A stretch of DNA of 64,000 nucleotides, taken from Naegleria gruberi. Lineage: Eukaryota. A program made the position numbers and the translations under genes. This document shows positions 22,688 through 34,540 of the stretch, piece by piece; the first letter of the stretch is position 1; every line of letters begins with the position of its first letter. The notes beneath the pieces are model-generated. The model did no database searches. It was not told where the DNA came from and worked only from the letters and a program-made list of their open reading frames with translations. The DNA is taken from assembly GCA_000004985.1 (NCBI GenBank), contig GG738910.1; one strand, 5' to 3'.

Positions 22688-25431
22688 TTACTTCAAATAC
22701 TTAGCTGAAAACATTAATTCATCTAAAACTAAACCATTATATGGTAAGGCATCACCACATGATGCACAAGATGAGAATGTATCGTCTGCAGTTGCTAATG
22801 TATATGATTCTCCGTATTTTTGCTCCATTCCAACCATGCCATTAATCTTCTTTTGAATTTGGGTAGATGTTAATTCTGTATCATTTGCATTAGTGTGGGT
22901 TGTTTCAGAACTTGCTTTTGAGTTTCCATTCTCTATAACACCCACATGTAATGTAATAGCGCTAATAGTATTATGAATTTCATGGTGTTTGAAAAGAAGA
23001 ATACTAGGTTGAGAACCTCTGTCATAACATCCAAATAACATATTTTCCTTACATGGAGAGAATGAATATTTGTGGTCCATAAAGATGCTGCTCTTTTCGT
23101 TGACCTTATTCATTTCTCTCATTCTAATTTCAGCGGTAGACTTGGCATCAACAGAGGAGCTTTGTTGAATTGAACGTACAAACTCCTGCACACTGATGAA
23201 AGAATATTGTAAAACATTAGGACAAGATAGTCTTTCCAATGAGCAGGTATAAGGGAATCGTTGCAAATTATGCTCATCTCCATTATTACAAAATCCCTCT
23301 CCCCAAACTATTGCAAGGAATGCCTTTTCCAATGAGGCATGACTCGTTCTGAATGAAGATATTGATGGATGATCACCAATACCTAATAGTTTTGGTAATT
23401 TTGGTTGTTGATAATTGTTGTCCTTTGAAATTGTCATATAGGTACCATAGATATTATTCTTTTCGGTAGAGTAGCAAATAATAATGAAAATATCAGGAAC
23501 TGGTAAATCTTCAATAGTAGGGATCAAGGCATGAATAGTCAATTTCTTCATAGACTCAAAACTGACTAAATTCTTGTTCGGTACTACTACTCTCTCTGCT
23601 AGTTTTAACTCGAGTGATTTTTCACCCTTTTGAATTTCATAATGGTGCACAGTTAGAGCTTGAGAAATTCTATCCTTACTTGCAACAATAATGGTATTTG
23701 CAAAAGCAGAAAATGATAGTAATTGAGATTCATTCGAGTCGACCTTTAAATTCTTATCCAAAATGAGTTCCCAATTATCAGAAACTTGAACCAATTTGAA
23801 GAAACTAACTATACCCGAATCAAAAAGTATTGCTAATCTGAATGACTTTAAATTATTTTTTAAACCTGTCATATCAACAACAGAGTTTCTATCCAATAAA
23901 ATCTCGTTACCGTTGCTACCTTTCAATTTTAAAGGTGGTGAGATCTTATGAGAGTTATAATCGTATATAGAATAAAAAATATTGTTGGCTTTTTCGTAGA
24001 CAATCAAAATGGTGTTGAGAGAATCAATGTTAATAATCTTTGGTGATTTTGCTTCTTCTGTACTTGGAATAGGTTCATTCCTACCATAATTAGAATATTT
24101 TGAAACAAATATCTCCATTTGTATTGGGTCAATATTACTGCTGAATCTTAAAACACCTTTCTTGGAAGGTTTCTTTGAGTATACCTCTAATGCCCTCCAA
24201 ATTTCATGCTGATCAGAGGGCTCCCAAAGGAATTTGGATTCTTCCAAATTATTGAATCTGCCATAGTTAATTTCTTGAGCTTCTTCTAAAAAGTGGGTTG
24301 GGGTTTTTTTGAAGTTTTTGGCTGCGTAATCATTTAACAATGGCTGGTTTAAATACTTAAAGCGAGAATATGGATCTTTCTTTGAAAATAGCCAACCATA
24401 TTCCTGGTTTGTTGGATCTTTAAAAACTTCTGTTGGGTCACGAGCGGATATATAAGTATAAGGCCAGTTTGGCCACTTATTCTCTAAACATTTTCTTGAG
24501 AAAGATTTTGTTCCACCACTTGTTCCACTTTCGTCCAGGATAAACTCTACGTTTAGATGTAATTTATCATTCCTAGAGTTAAATAACTGATACATTTCAT
24601 CAACAAGAATAATCCATTCATTATCTGGTTCCTTACAAGGATTTTTCATTGTTCCTACTACATATGTTCCGGTTCCTGCATTAGAATTGAACATAATTTT
24701 TTGGTACTTTAGACAAAGTGCAACATAAATTCTATCGGAACTATCAGGAAACCTATTTCTAATATCTGTTAATGTTTCAATTAAATCTATATAATCAAAA
24801 TATCCCATTCCGTTATCAGGTCCTCCAATCTTCGGTGGATCATGGGTTAAGAGAAGACAGCGATTACCATTATAAACTCCAGAGAGATCCCTTATACTTC
24901 TCTTACATAATTTACCATATGATTTGATAAAGTGGTCATAATCAATGTGGTAATAAATATCAACTTTAAAGTGTCTAACACCTTTTTGATATCCTTGAAT
25001 CCATTGTCTTAAATCATTCCATGAATGCACTTGATAGGAAATTGTAGGAGTAATCTTATTTTCAAAACTATGTGTGTCGTCAATTAATAATTCTCCATGC
25101 TCGTTCAATTCTCCAAAGCCTGGTCTATCAATCTTTGGATGGTGAGACAACAATAGGGAAGTCATCGTTAAACACATTAAAAAGACAAAAATCACAACAC
25201 TATAAAGAATTGCTTTCCGTATTGTTAACCCTGTTGTTGCCTTTTTCTTCACATTTTCTTCATCTATTAATGCACTGCTAGAGGTTGTGGTTGTATACTC
25301 ACTAACAGATACATCATTGCTCACTCTCCGATGAAATGTATATTGTTGATCAACATGCTGTATTGAATAACAGTCATCTATTTAATCGGAGGATGAATGT
25401 TATTAAAAATAAAGAATTTCCACTTACTCAT
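22688..25431 (-). CDS. type II membrane lumenal protein (897 aa model) with N-terminal PLC-like phosphodiesterase (PI-PLC X-box-like) region; tentative model complement(join(22688..25377,25428..25431)) with 4-nt first exon ATGA
   Basis: The long ORF begins at GTG with no in-frame ATG before the upstream stop. 50 nt upstream lies ATGA|GTAAGT...AAATAG|AT, which joins in frame (MNDCYSIQH...). TM VVIFVFLMCLTMTSLLL. HSWNDLRQW...RHFKVDIYYH resembles the H/H catalytic core of PLC-like phosphodiesterases. The C-terminal 400 aa are unassigned. Confidence 0.45.
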
Positions 25432-25601
25432 TTTTAAAATTGCTCAATTTTTTTCGTTGGTCTGAAGAAATAAATCGGAAGAAACATTACTGTAATTGAT
25501 CAACCTCATCAATTCTCTTCATCAGACAATTTGATCTAAGATTTTAGACGAAGTTGCTTTTATTCCCCAGTTAGCGTAATAAATTTTTATTAAATTAAAA
25601 A

Positions 25602-27053
25602 ATGAACATTGCTAGTACGGAAGAGACTCTTCCCATGGAAGTAAAAATGATAATATTCGAGTACTTATCGATAGTAGAATTGAATCATTTGAGGATTGTT
25701 TGTAAAGAATGGAATGATACACTTTGTTCATCAAAGTCTAATTTGATTTGGTCAGATTTGATTAACAATATGAAAGGTGGAAAATTATTATTTATTCCAA
25801 ATGATGATGGAAAAATTGTACAATTAACGAATAGTCAGCTGAGAAAATTGGCTAAACTTCTTTACTTGAAACAACAATCTTCATTAAACTTGTATAATTT
25901 GATCAGACAAAGAGCAACTGAACCACAAATTATTGAAGATCCTTCCGATGAGGACAGTGATATGGATTCTACTGATGAGGAAAAATCAAACGAACAACAA
26001 GAAACAAATACCATTATTGAAAAGGTAACTGATTTCCAGCTCATTCCACAGAAAGAACTTATTACAGAAGATATTCAACAGATTCAAAATAATTCAAAGG
26101 AAAAAACCTTGTTATCAAGAGGATTGGAAGCCAGCACAGTTGATAATGCTTCACAAAATATTGATTGTACAAGGGATGTAAGAAGTAGAAGAAAGTTTTG
26201 GTCTTCTAAAGGAAGTAAAACCACCCAAGTCAATGAGCATTTAATTTATCAATTGCAAGATCCTTGGTTTGTTGTGGAAAGAGAAAGAAAATTAGCAAAG
26301 CTAAAATCATCCACTTATGGATATCTTGATATCATTCATAAATATGTAAATACTTCTCGTGAAGAAAATCCAATGGATGATTTGGACCACATCAATCAAT
26401 ATTCAAATATTGGAATACTATACCTGGAAAGGATGAGCATTTGTCCATTTGTTGCTAGTTGGCAAAGCAATAACTGCTATTCACCTAAATTTGTATCACT
26501 CTCAATTGGAAAATCATCTGACAAGAATTCATTTATCAAAATTACTCAAGATATGCCAGTTGAACAAAATGGTGATTTTCAACAATTCGCACTAGGTCCA
26601 CTGGTTATCATCTATGAAAGAGCATTTAATTCAGATAATGAGGATGACCTATTGGTGAAATCAAAGGTACCTATCGTGCAGGAGGAAGTCAGGGATGATA
26701 CTATGGACGATGAAGAAGAAAACTTTGAAACAGAAGATGAAGAGGAGGAAGAAGGAGAACAAGGAAGACTAATGATTTCTGTGGAGGATGCCATGTTGGC
26801 CTTGGAAGAATCTGGTGGAGTGTTCAATGCAAGATTTATGGAAGTAGTTCAACAACTTGTAAGGGAAAGAATGAGAACGCAAGAAATGGAACAAGAGGAA
26901 AACAAAATGCTGAGTCAACTTACCTGCAGAGAACATGGGGATCTTATTCTACGAGCTGATTTGATTGGAAAGGTACAAACACAACCAGGCGATAATTTAT
27001 ATTACACCTGTTTAGAATACTTTGATGTTTCTGGATCAGCATTTACTTTGTAG
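25602..27053 (+). CDS. F-box domain protein with acidic (D/E-rich) tracts
   Basis: Real ATG. N-terminal LPMEVKMIIFEYLSIVELNHLRIVCKEWNDTL matches the F-box consensus (LP.E....I...L....L.....VCK.W). Confidence 0.6.
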   Translation: MNIASTEETLPMEVKMIIFEYLSIVELNHLRIVCKEWNDTLCSSKSNLIWSDLINNMKGGKLLFIPNDDGKIVQLTNSQLRKLAKLLYLKQQSSLNLYNLIRQRATEPQIIEDPSDEDSDMDSTDEEKSNEQQETNTIIEKVTDFQLIPQKELITEDIQQIQNNSKEKTLLSRGLEASTVDNASQNIDCTRDVRSRRKFWSSKGSKTTQVNEHLIYQLQDPWFVVERERKLAKLKSSTYGYLDIIHKYVNTSREENPMDDLDHINQYSNIGILYLERMSICPFVASWQSNNCYSPKFVSLSIGKSSDKNSFIKITQDMPVEQNGDFQQFALGPLVIIYERAFNSDNEDDLLVKSKVPIVQEEVRDDTMDDEEENFETEDEEEEEGEQGRLMISVEDAMLALEESGGVFNARFMEVVQQLVRERMRTQEMEQEENKMLSQLTCREHGDLILRADLIGKVQTQPGDNLYYTCLEYFDVSGSAFTL

Positions 27054-27190
27054 CAATATTAATCCTCATACTGTTATGGATGTTGTGAAATAGGAAGAAG
27101 GAGCCAATAGAGGATGTATTAAAATTAATTTACTTTACAACGTTAAAAGTGTGGTCCAAAGATGCTCTTGTCAGCAATCATCAGAAAAAA

Positions 27191-29057
27191 ATGTCAGGGG
27201 AACACCAAGCTCTGTCTCCAACGTCATCAGACTCTTCTGTGCCCACAATACAAATTCTACCACAAAAGGTATCATCACTACAAGATGACGATATGGATTT
27301 TAGCATTCGTACTCATCACTCTCTCAACACACCATTAACTTCTCCTAATTCTCCTTCCATGTCCTCTACCATTTCAACTCCTTCCTCAGAACCCTATCAT
27401 CCCAGCCTCATTCTCCAATCAGAACTTCCTCTCTCTCATATTAAAGTGGTGAGGAATCGTGAGGAAATTCTCTCTCCTTGTGTTTCTGCTGGCAGACATC
27501 ATCATCACATACCAGGTTCAGCATCATCTCTTGGTGGAGGAAGCACATTTGGTTCATCAACATCATTGAATGGCTTGTTAGACAATGAAGATTCTAGTCC
27601 CACAGATATCATGTCCTATAATGTGCCTCCACCAACCATTGTACCTCCATCAACATTCATAGAACCAATAACAAAGAGTGGAGTAGTGCCATGTGGTAGT
27701 GTTGATGATAATAATAATACTGACGACCATCATACAACAACATCCCTCGAAGCAGCTGCTGAAGAACTTCTTCATACGTTGGAAACTTCAAATAATCCCA
27801 AGTCATTAGAGGCTGCCATAACAACATTCATTGAACAGGAGACCACTAGAAGAAGATCTACTGTTGATAAGGAGGATATTGCAATACTACAGGAAATTGC
27901 TGCAGCCTCTTCTCAATTGGCTTCTAATACAACAACAACGGAAGAAAAAATTGAAACTCTTTCCGAAGTAGTACCAAGAAGGCTAACCATTACTTCATCA
28001 TCTGAAGAAATTAATAGAAATGAGGAGGTAAACAATAACTACAATACACTATCATTAGAAGCTTCATCAACAAATAATAACAAACCATTTAGATTCATGC
28101 AAAAAAGACCATCCTTTATTAATCCAGAATTGATGAGTATGCTCTTTTCTTCGTTATTATCCCTTCAGGATTTAAAACCGAGTGATAATCAGGTGGCTGG
28201 ACATGGACAAAAGGACGGAGAAGAACATTTAGTGGTTCGTCACTTGAGAGACAAAATTTACAAGCCAATTAATACAAAATCGAAACGTGCTTTTGATGAA
28301 GTCAAATTCTATGAACAACAGGCTCCAAAAATACCACTTTTAGAGCCTTTTCTGCCCAAATATCATGGTGTTCAGACAGTGAAGGAGAATGACCAACAAT
28401 TTTTGGTTTTGGAGGATTTAACTGCACCTTTCACAAATCCGAGCTTGTTGGATATTAGAATGGGAAGGAGAGTTTATGGAGATGATGCCAGTTTGGAAAA
28501 GATTAAAATGTTTGAAGAAAAGTACATTTATCAAAAAGAGTTAGGTTTTGGCTTTAGTAAGTATTATTGATTGATTTTTGATATTAATTTACAACATCCT
28601 AAAAGGTGGCATGAAGGTTTACAATACTGATCCAGAATTTTCTAAAATCAACAAGAGCAAGCACATAACACACAAAGATCAAAAGTATAAAGTCTATGAT
28701 AGATATTGGGGAAGACTATGTAAACCTGGAGAAGAGTCCACTGAGGCACTGGATGCCTTTTTCTTTGATACTTCATATGTAGATAGCGAAGTTGTAGGTA
28801 TCAAGACAGTGAAAAGTATATTGAGTCAATTGAAACAATTGGAAGAGTTATTCAAAACTCATCAATTGATTTTTAGAGTTTACTCGAGTTCACTATTCCT
28901 AGTTTTTGATGCAGATAAAGCAATAGTGAGGATGATTGATTTTGCTCACGTTCACGAAAACAAAGAACCATCAATTGATGAAAATTATCTGTATGGTTTG
29001 TCTAATCTGATTAACTATATTGAGGAGGTATTAAGGCGAAAAGACGCTAGTCTTTGA
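27191..29057 (+). CDS. inositol polyphosphate kinase (IPK family, Kcs1/IP6K-like); join(27191..28556,28606..29057), 49-nt intron GTAAGT..AAAAG
   Basis: PxxxDxKxG motif (PSLLDIRMGRRVYGDD); splice restores LGFGFS|GMKVY; C-terminal SSLLFVFD...IDFAHV (IPK SSLL and IDFAH motifs). Track ORF 27149 starts at GTG; the first ATG is 27191. Confidence 0.8.
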
Positions 29058-29332
29058 AATAGTAGTCTCTTCCAAAACATTTATTGCAATAAGTCCATTT
29101 TCTTTTGATTTATGGAGAAACCTAAGGATGTATTAACCTAAATGCTTCTGTAAAAAAAGGAATCAAACACAAGCAATTAATCCAACCAAAGGAACTTCAT
29201 TTTTATTTCAATTAATAATAATTCCTTTATTTTTATTTCGATTACAATATTATACTAGGTCAAACAATTTTTGTGTGGCACCGTAGAGAAACATGATTTT
29301 GCTCAACAACCTATTCTTTATTTAGGAAATAC

Positions 29333-31308
29333 TTAATTTTCAGAATCACACTCCAGTACCTTTTCTGTAAATAAATCCTCTGAGTCTTGTGTTGTTTCTT
29401 TGGTCTTTACTTCTTTCTCTCCATCACTTTCTAATTTTTCAGTGTTGGGCGATTCCTCGTTGTGTGCAGAAGCTTCTTTCATAACTGAGTCTTCTAATTG
29501 GGATATTGCCATAACTGAGTCACTTTGGCTATTAAATGATTGGTCAACCTGTGTTGGTTGAGGATTTTGCAATAGTTCAAATTCTATTTCTCTTTTTATA
29601 GATTCTCGCTTGGTGGGAATATCGCTTGTTTGGAAAAGCTCAGGTGCATCGAGTGGCAAGTTTTCTATTTTAGTACAAGCAAGAAGTTGGATGTAATGGA
29701 TCATAAATACACCACAATCAACATGGTTATCCTGTTTTGGAAGATTAGCCTTTCCAACAGGGAAATTATCAGCAGTAAAAGTCACTGGTTTTTCGTTTGG
29801 ATTCTCGAATGAGTATCTCTTTGCCAAGAATTCTCTTACACGTTTGGTTGTGTTGGTGGGAATAGCACCCCCCAACGAATCACAATACATCAACATCCTG
29901 GCATCAGCTGGATACTTCTTGGTAAGATCTAATTTTTCTTTTTTTACACTTGTTCCATTAGGATTACAAATAACAATTAAGGACCAGTGCACACTGAATG
30001 AGTTGATTAAAATGTATTAGTATTTAAACTGTATTAATAACATACTTTTCATTCACTGGAATAAATATTAATTTCTTTTCGAATAGAGTAACATTTTTAG
30101 CTATTCTTTCTGCAGCTCTACTTGAATCTTTTTTGAGCAATTGATAAAAGTGAGTATTAAAAATATAAAAATCATTTTTAACTTGTCTAGCCTTTGCTCC
30201 ATGAAACTGCTCCTCTATGTATCTGAAAAGGTTAATTACTGTTGCAATATATTCCACTTACCTCAAATAAAAATCAATTATATTATCATTTAAGAATTCA
30301 TCCGGTTCCAATCTTGAAATATCACGTAATGTTATCTGAATGCTATACTTGCTAAGGACAACTTTATCCAAATCCAAGTTGGCTCTGACAGATTTTGTTT
30401 TGGATCGTGTCACATGGTGTTTTGTTACAATGTCAGTATCTGAAATGTCCTCACTATCTGAAGATGATAGTTCTTGTTTTGTTTTTTCCACAACTTTTTT
30501 AATTTTCTTTGTAGGAGGTTTTTCAGGCGAATTATCTGTCACCTTTTCTTCAATTTTTCTCTTTTTCTCTTTCAAAGACTTTAGGTCCTTTTTATGACTT
30601 ATTGTCTCGATATTATTCACTTCGTCTTCAGAAAGCTCGTATTCACTATCATTTTTGATTATCTTTTTGTTTTTCTTGGGAGAGAGTAATTGCTTTTCTT
30701 CCCTTACCCTGTTCACAAATTCACAAGGAGTAAACTTCTCCCCTGGAATATTACAGGCAATGTCTGTCGTTGTTGGCCTTTCGGCTGTTATTTCTCCATA
30801 AGGTTCGAAAAAATTGTTAAAATTCGAAACTGAAAATTTGGTTTTAGGCTTGAAACAAACACCCCATTTCGGATGAGAATCAATATCCTGGACTGGGGCA
30901 ATACTATTCGAATAAGTTAATCCGAAAACATTCGCAGAAGAATTGTACCAAATTTTTGAAATATACTCCTTTTCAAGTCTTGCACCAATCCAACCCATAC
31001 CCTCCTTGATAAAGAATTTAATACATTCATCTGTAAATTCCATAGTTTTATATTCACTAGAATATTCGTATCCGATACAAATTGCTCCAAATTTTAAAAA
31101 TTCATCATTCTTTTTTTTTGTATTTACAAATCCTGCATCCTTGTCGGGAGTTGTTATCAAATTTAATTCCTTTTTTTTTCTCCCTGGCTTTCCTGTTGAT
31201 TTTCCTGTTGTTGCTTTTTTAAATTGGTCTTGAAACTATTCATAATAATTAACCAGTAAGAATAAAAGGCTGAAATCAATAAAATGTTAAACTTACATCA
31301 GACATCAT
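29333..31308 (-). CDS. ulp1: Ulp1/SENP-family SUMO protease (peptidase C48), 4 exons: complement(join(29333..29993,30046..30222,30262..31235,31297..31308))
   Basis: Three track ORFs on the same strand are separated by in-frame stops that sit inside GTAAGT/GTATGT...YAG segments (introns 61, 39, 52 nt). Spliced product contains IFNTHFYQLL, LIFIPVNENVHWSLIVI (catalytic His) and DCGVFMIHY (catalytic Cys). 12-nt first exon ATGATGTCTGAT. Confidence 0.85.
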
Positions 31309-31659
31309 CAAAGTGGTTTATTTTTTTTCGAATGTTAGATGGAAGTGATCTTGGCGGTTTGTCCCAAATTTTTTGTAATAGCTGCATAAAATGTGGAAAT
31401 TGTTAACCATGTTTTGAGGTTTTTTAGTCTTCTACATCCCAATGAAACAATTAAACCCTCAATATTTGTTTCATTGTTCCCTGTAGATACGGTCTGACTC
31501 AATTCGTGGCATAAACAGTGACTCAGCAAGTCATTCAAAAATTATCTACAAAAAAAAAATTAAAAACCTCTCCGTTTCATTTTGTACAATATTATCCCAC
31601 TTCTTTCTGGAGGCAAAAAGAGAGGCTAAAGAACAAGTAACACTCACCGAGAACGAAGA

Positions 31660-33751
31660 ATGGAAAAGAAAATATTAACAAAAGCTACTTCCGAAACAGA
31701 AGAACCAACTCCAGGTTGGATGTTTCACCATATTGCCAGTACTACAAAAAAGTCTCCTCAAGCTTGTGAGGAAACAACAAATTGGTTGATGAAGAGATTA
31801 ACCCACAAAAATCCTCACGTAAAAAAGAAAGTTTTGTTGATTATAAAGAGCGTTGCTCAATCTGGTGATGCTGAATTTGCCAGAATAATAGTCAAGAGAA
31901 GCGAAGAAATCAAACAATACGCTAGTAAGTATTAGATTTTCGAAAATAACGTTTAATAACTGATGCATCACAATTTTAGATTTCAGAGGAGATAAAGATC
32001 CACTTCATGGTGATGCTTTGAATCAAAGTATTAGAACAGCAGCATCCCAGGCAATTGAAGCAATATTTGAAAGAAATGAAAGTGGTTCCAAGTTTAAAGT
32101 AAATATGGATTTGAATGGTTCCGATCAAAATTCTGGAAGAATTGGAACTGCACCAACTGGAGGATTTGGTGTTTTTGGAGGAGGAGTAGGAAGTTCAGAC
32201 TATGGTAACGACTATACACACGCTTCCGATACTGAAAATAGACCAGCTTTTGGTGGAGGTTTTGGACCTAATACTCCTGCTTTTGGTGGAGGTTTTGGTT
32301 CAAATACTGTTAATAATCAAGCTTCTAATGCAGGAAGAGTTGGTACCATGACTGGTATTGGTAGTACATTTGCGAATGAGCAAATAGCAAAACAAAATCA
32401 ATCTGCTGGTTGGACTGGTACTCTCAGTAATTTAACAAACTACCTCCCAACTTGGTCTAAACAGAAGGATACTCACGGTATGGATAAAAACAATTTCCCA
32501 GGACTAATTGCTGGATCAGAATACGAAGGTGCTGATGCAAATGGCTCATATGTTGGAGTTATTCTTCCACCTGGAGGATCTTCTGGTCTATCTGGATCAT
32601 CTCATGTTCCTGGAAAGAAACTTTGGGAAACTGATACCCCTTCAACAAAATCAACTAACAATACAGTGGGAGAGTTAGAAATTAAGGTGGTGAATGAATT
32701 TACTTCACCAGGAGGTATTCGTAAACCTGCTCCAACGAAGAAGGAATGTACAGACTTTGCTCAAAAGTGTTCATCGCTCAACTTATTGCAAGTAGCCGAA
32801 TTATTGAATCAAAAATTGGATGATCATGAATGGATTGTAAGACTTAAGGCTCTGTATGGTATTGAGGCTCTTTTGAAGGCTGAAAATAAGGCTGTCACTG
32901 AATTTTATTCCGAAAATTGTGAAAATATCTTAAAACAATCAGAATCCGTGCAAGAAAGTGTTAGACAACAAGCAGAAAAGGTTGCCAAATTGTTGAACTT
33001 TGATGAAGGAGATGATGCTCAGTATGGACCAACACTTCTCGAAGATTTTGGAGGCATGTCCATTTCAACCTCCTCTCCATCTACCTCTAAAACTACTAGA
33101 AAACAAATCAATTTTGTTCCATCCAGTGGTTCTACCACAACCACTAACAATAACTCAAATGATGCCTCTGACTTCTTTGATATGATGAATGATAATTCAA
33201 CAAGTAATTCAGGTGATGATATATTAAGCGGATTTGAGGTGAAGAACTACCAACCAACACCAAAGCAACCTGTTCAACAAAAGACAACAAGAACACCAAC
33301 AGAGACAAAGCCAAGAGTACAACCAAGTCAAAAGACTCCATCAAGTGCAACAACCCCAACCAAATCAGATTTGTTGGACCTTGATACCTTACTCTCTGCT
33401 CCAACAATTCCCTCCCAAAAGACAACTACCACTACACCAACATCCATTCCATACACTGTCCCTGTACAACAACCAATCTATGCTATTCCAACATATCCAC
33501 CAATGTACCAACCATATGGCGTAGTACCTCAACCTGGAGTACCAATTTACCCTGTTTATCAACAACCTTATTATCCACCACAAACCTTTGCAAATGTCGG
33601 AACAATTCCAAACAGATCAAATCCTCCTCCAATTATGCCAAAAGGTTCACAAAGTCAAGCTTTTGATTTTATCAATAATACTCAACCTCAAGAGCAACCA
33701 AAAGAAGAAAAGGATTCTTTTGATTTTGTTAAGCAAGTTTATCTTAAATAA
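31660..33751 (+). CDS. ENTH/VHS-domain protein (epsin-R/tepsin-like) with long Pro/Gln/Thr-rich tail; join(31660..31924,31980..33751), 55-nt intron GTAAGT..TTTTAG
   Basis: N-terminal helices KNPHVKKKVLLIIKSVAQSGDAEFARIIVKRSEEIKQYA then F-RGDKDPLHGDALNQSIRTAA resemble the ENTH core. The splice removes the in-frame TAG at 31933. Confidence 0.6.
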
Positions 33752-33773
33752 AGTTTTGTTTTATGTACAATTT

Positions 33774-34238
33774 TTACTCGATTTCACCAATAGCGTCTAT
33801 TGGATCCTTAGTATCATCATTATCAACTGCCTTATTATCTCCAAATTCTTCTTCAATGTTATCCAGTTCTTTTGGAACATCATCATTATTATTAGCAGCT
33901 GATTCATCCATTTTCTTCATTTCTTCAGCAATCAATTCGTTCAATTCCTCATCTTCTGCCTCTTTCTTTTCTGCTGACTGATTTAAATCAGTTTGAGGGT
34001 TTTCAACCATTTCCTCTAAAATATCGTTATTGTTTGTTGTTCCATTATTATCAGTTTGTTCTTGAGTGTTTTTTGGAACATCACCTGTTGTTGTATTAAG
34101 TTGTTCCGACGATATATCTTGGACAACTGTTGTTGATGTATTATTTACAGGTTCTACTGTATCTTTGTCCCTTGGCGATTCTGGTTGTTGGCTATTGGCG
34201 ACATCAGTGGCTTTAGTCGTTGAACAAGAACTTCCCAT
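33774..34238 (-). CDS. small acidic Asn/Glu-rich protein with N-terminal MGSSCS (myristoylation/palmitoylation-type) motif
   Basis: Real ATG; G2 plus S6 fits the N-myristoylation consensus with Cys5. The rest is low-complexity acidic sequence. Confidence 0.45.
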   Translation of the reverse strand: MGSSCSTTKATDVANSQQPESPRDKDTVEPVNNTSTTVVQDISSEQLNTTTGDVPKNTQEQTDNNGTTNNNDILEEMVENPQTDLNQSAEKKEAEDEELNELIAEEMKKMDESAANNNDDVPKELDNIEEEFGDNKAVDNDDTKDPIDAIGEIE

Positions 34239-34540
34239 TCTAATGAATCTCTTGTTGTTACGTTTTTTTCAGTTGTGTGGCAAATTCATTAAAAACCACT
34301 GAAAGTACCAACCGTTTAATGTGGGAACTTGTTATTGAGGGTGATTGATATTGAGCGACACAACAAAATATCATTCAATTTTTAAAATCGATGTATTTAA
34401 TTCTAATTGAAAAGTAAAGTGGCTTAAATTTTCTTCCAAATTCTTTGGATTAATAATTTTATTATCAAATATCAATACATCAATGTATTTAAATATTTTC
34501 AATTAAATAACATTCAATCAATTTTGTCGTCTTCAAAAAA

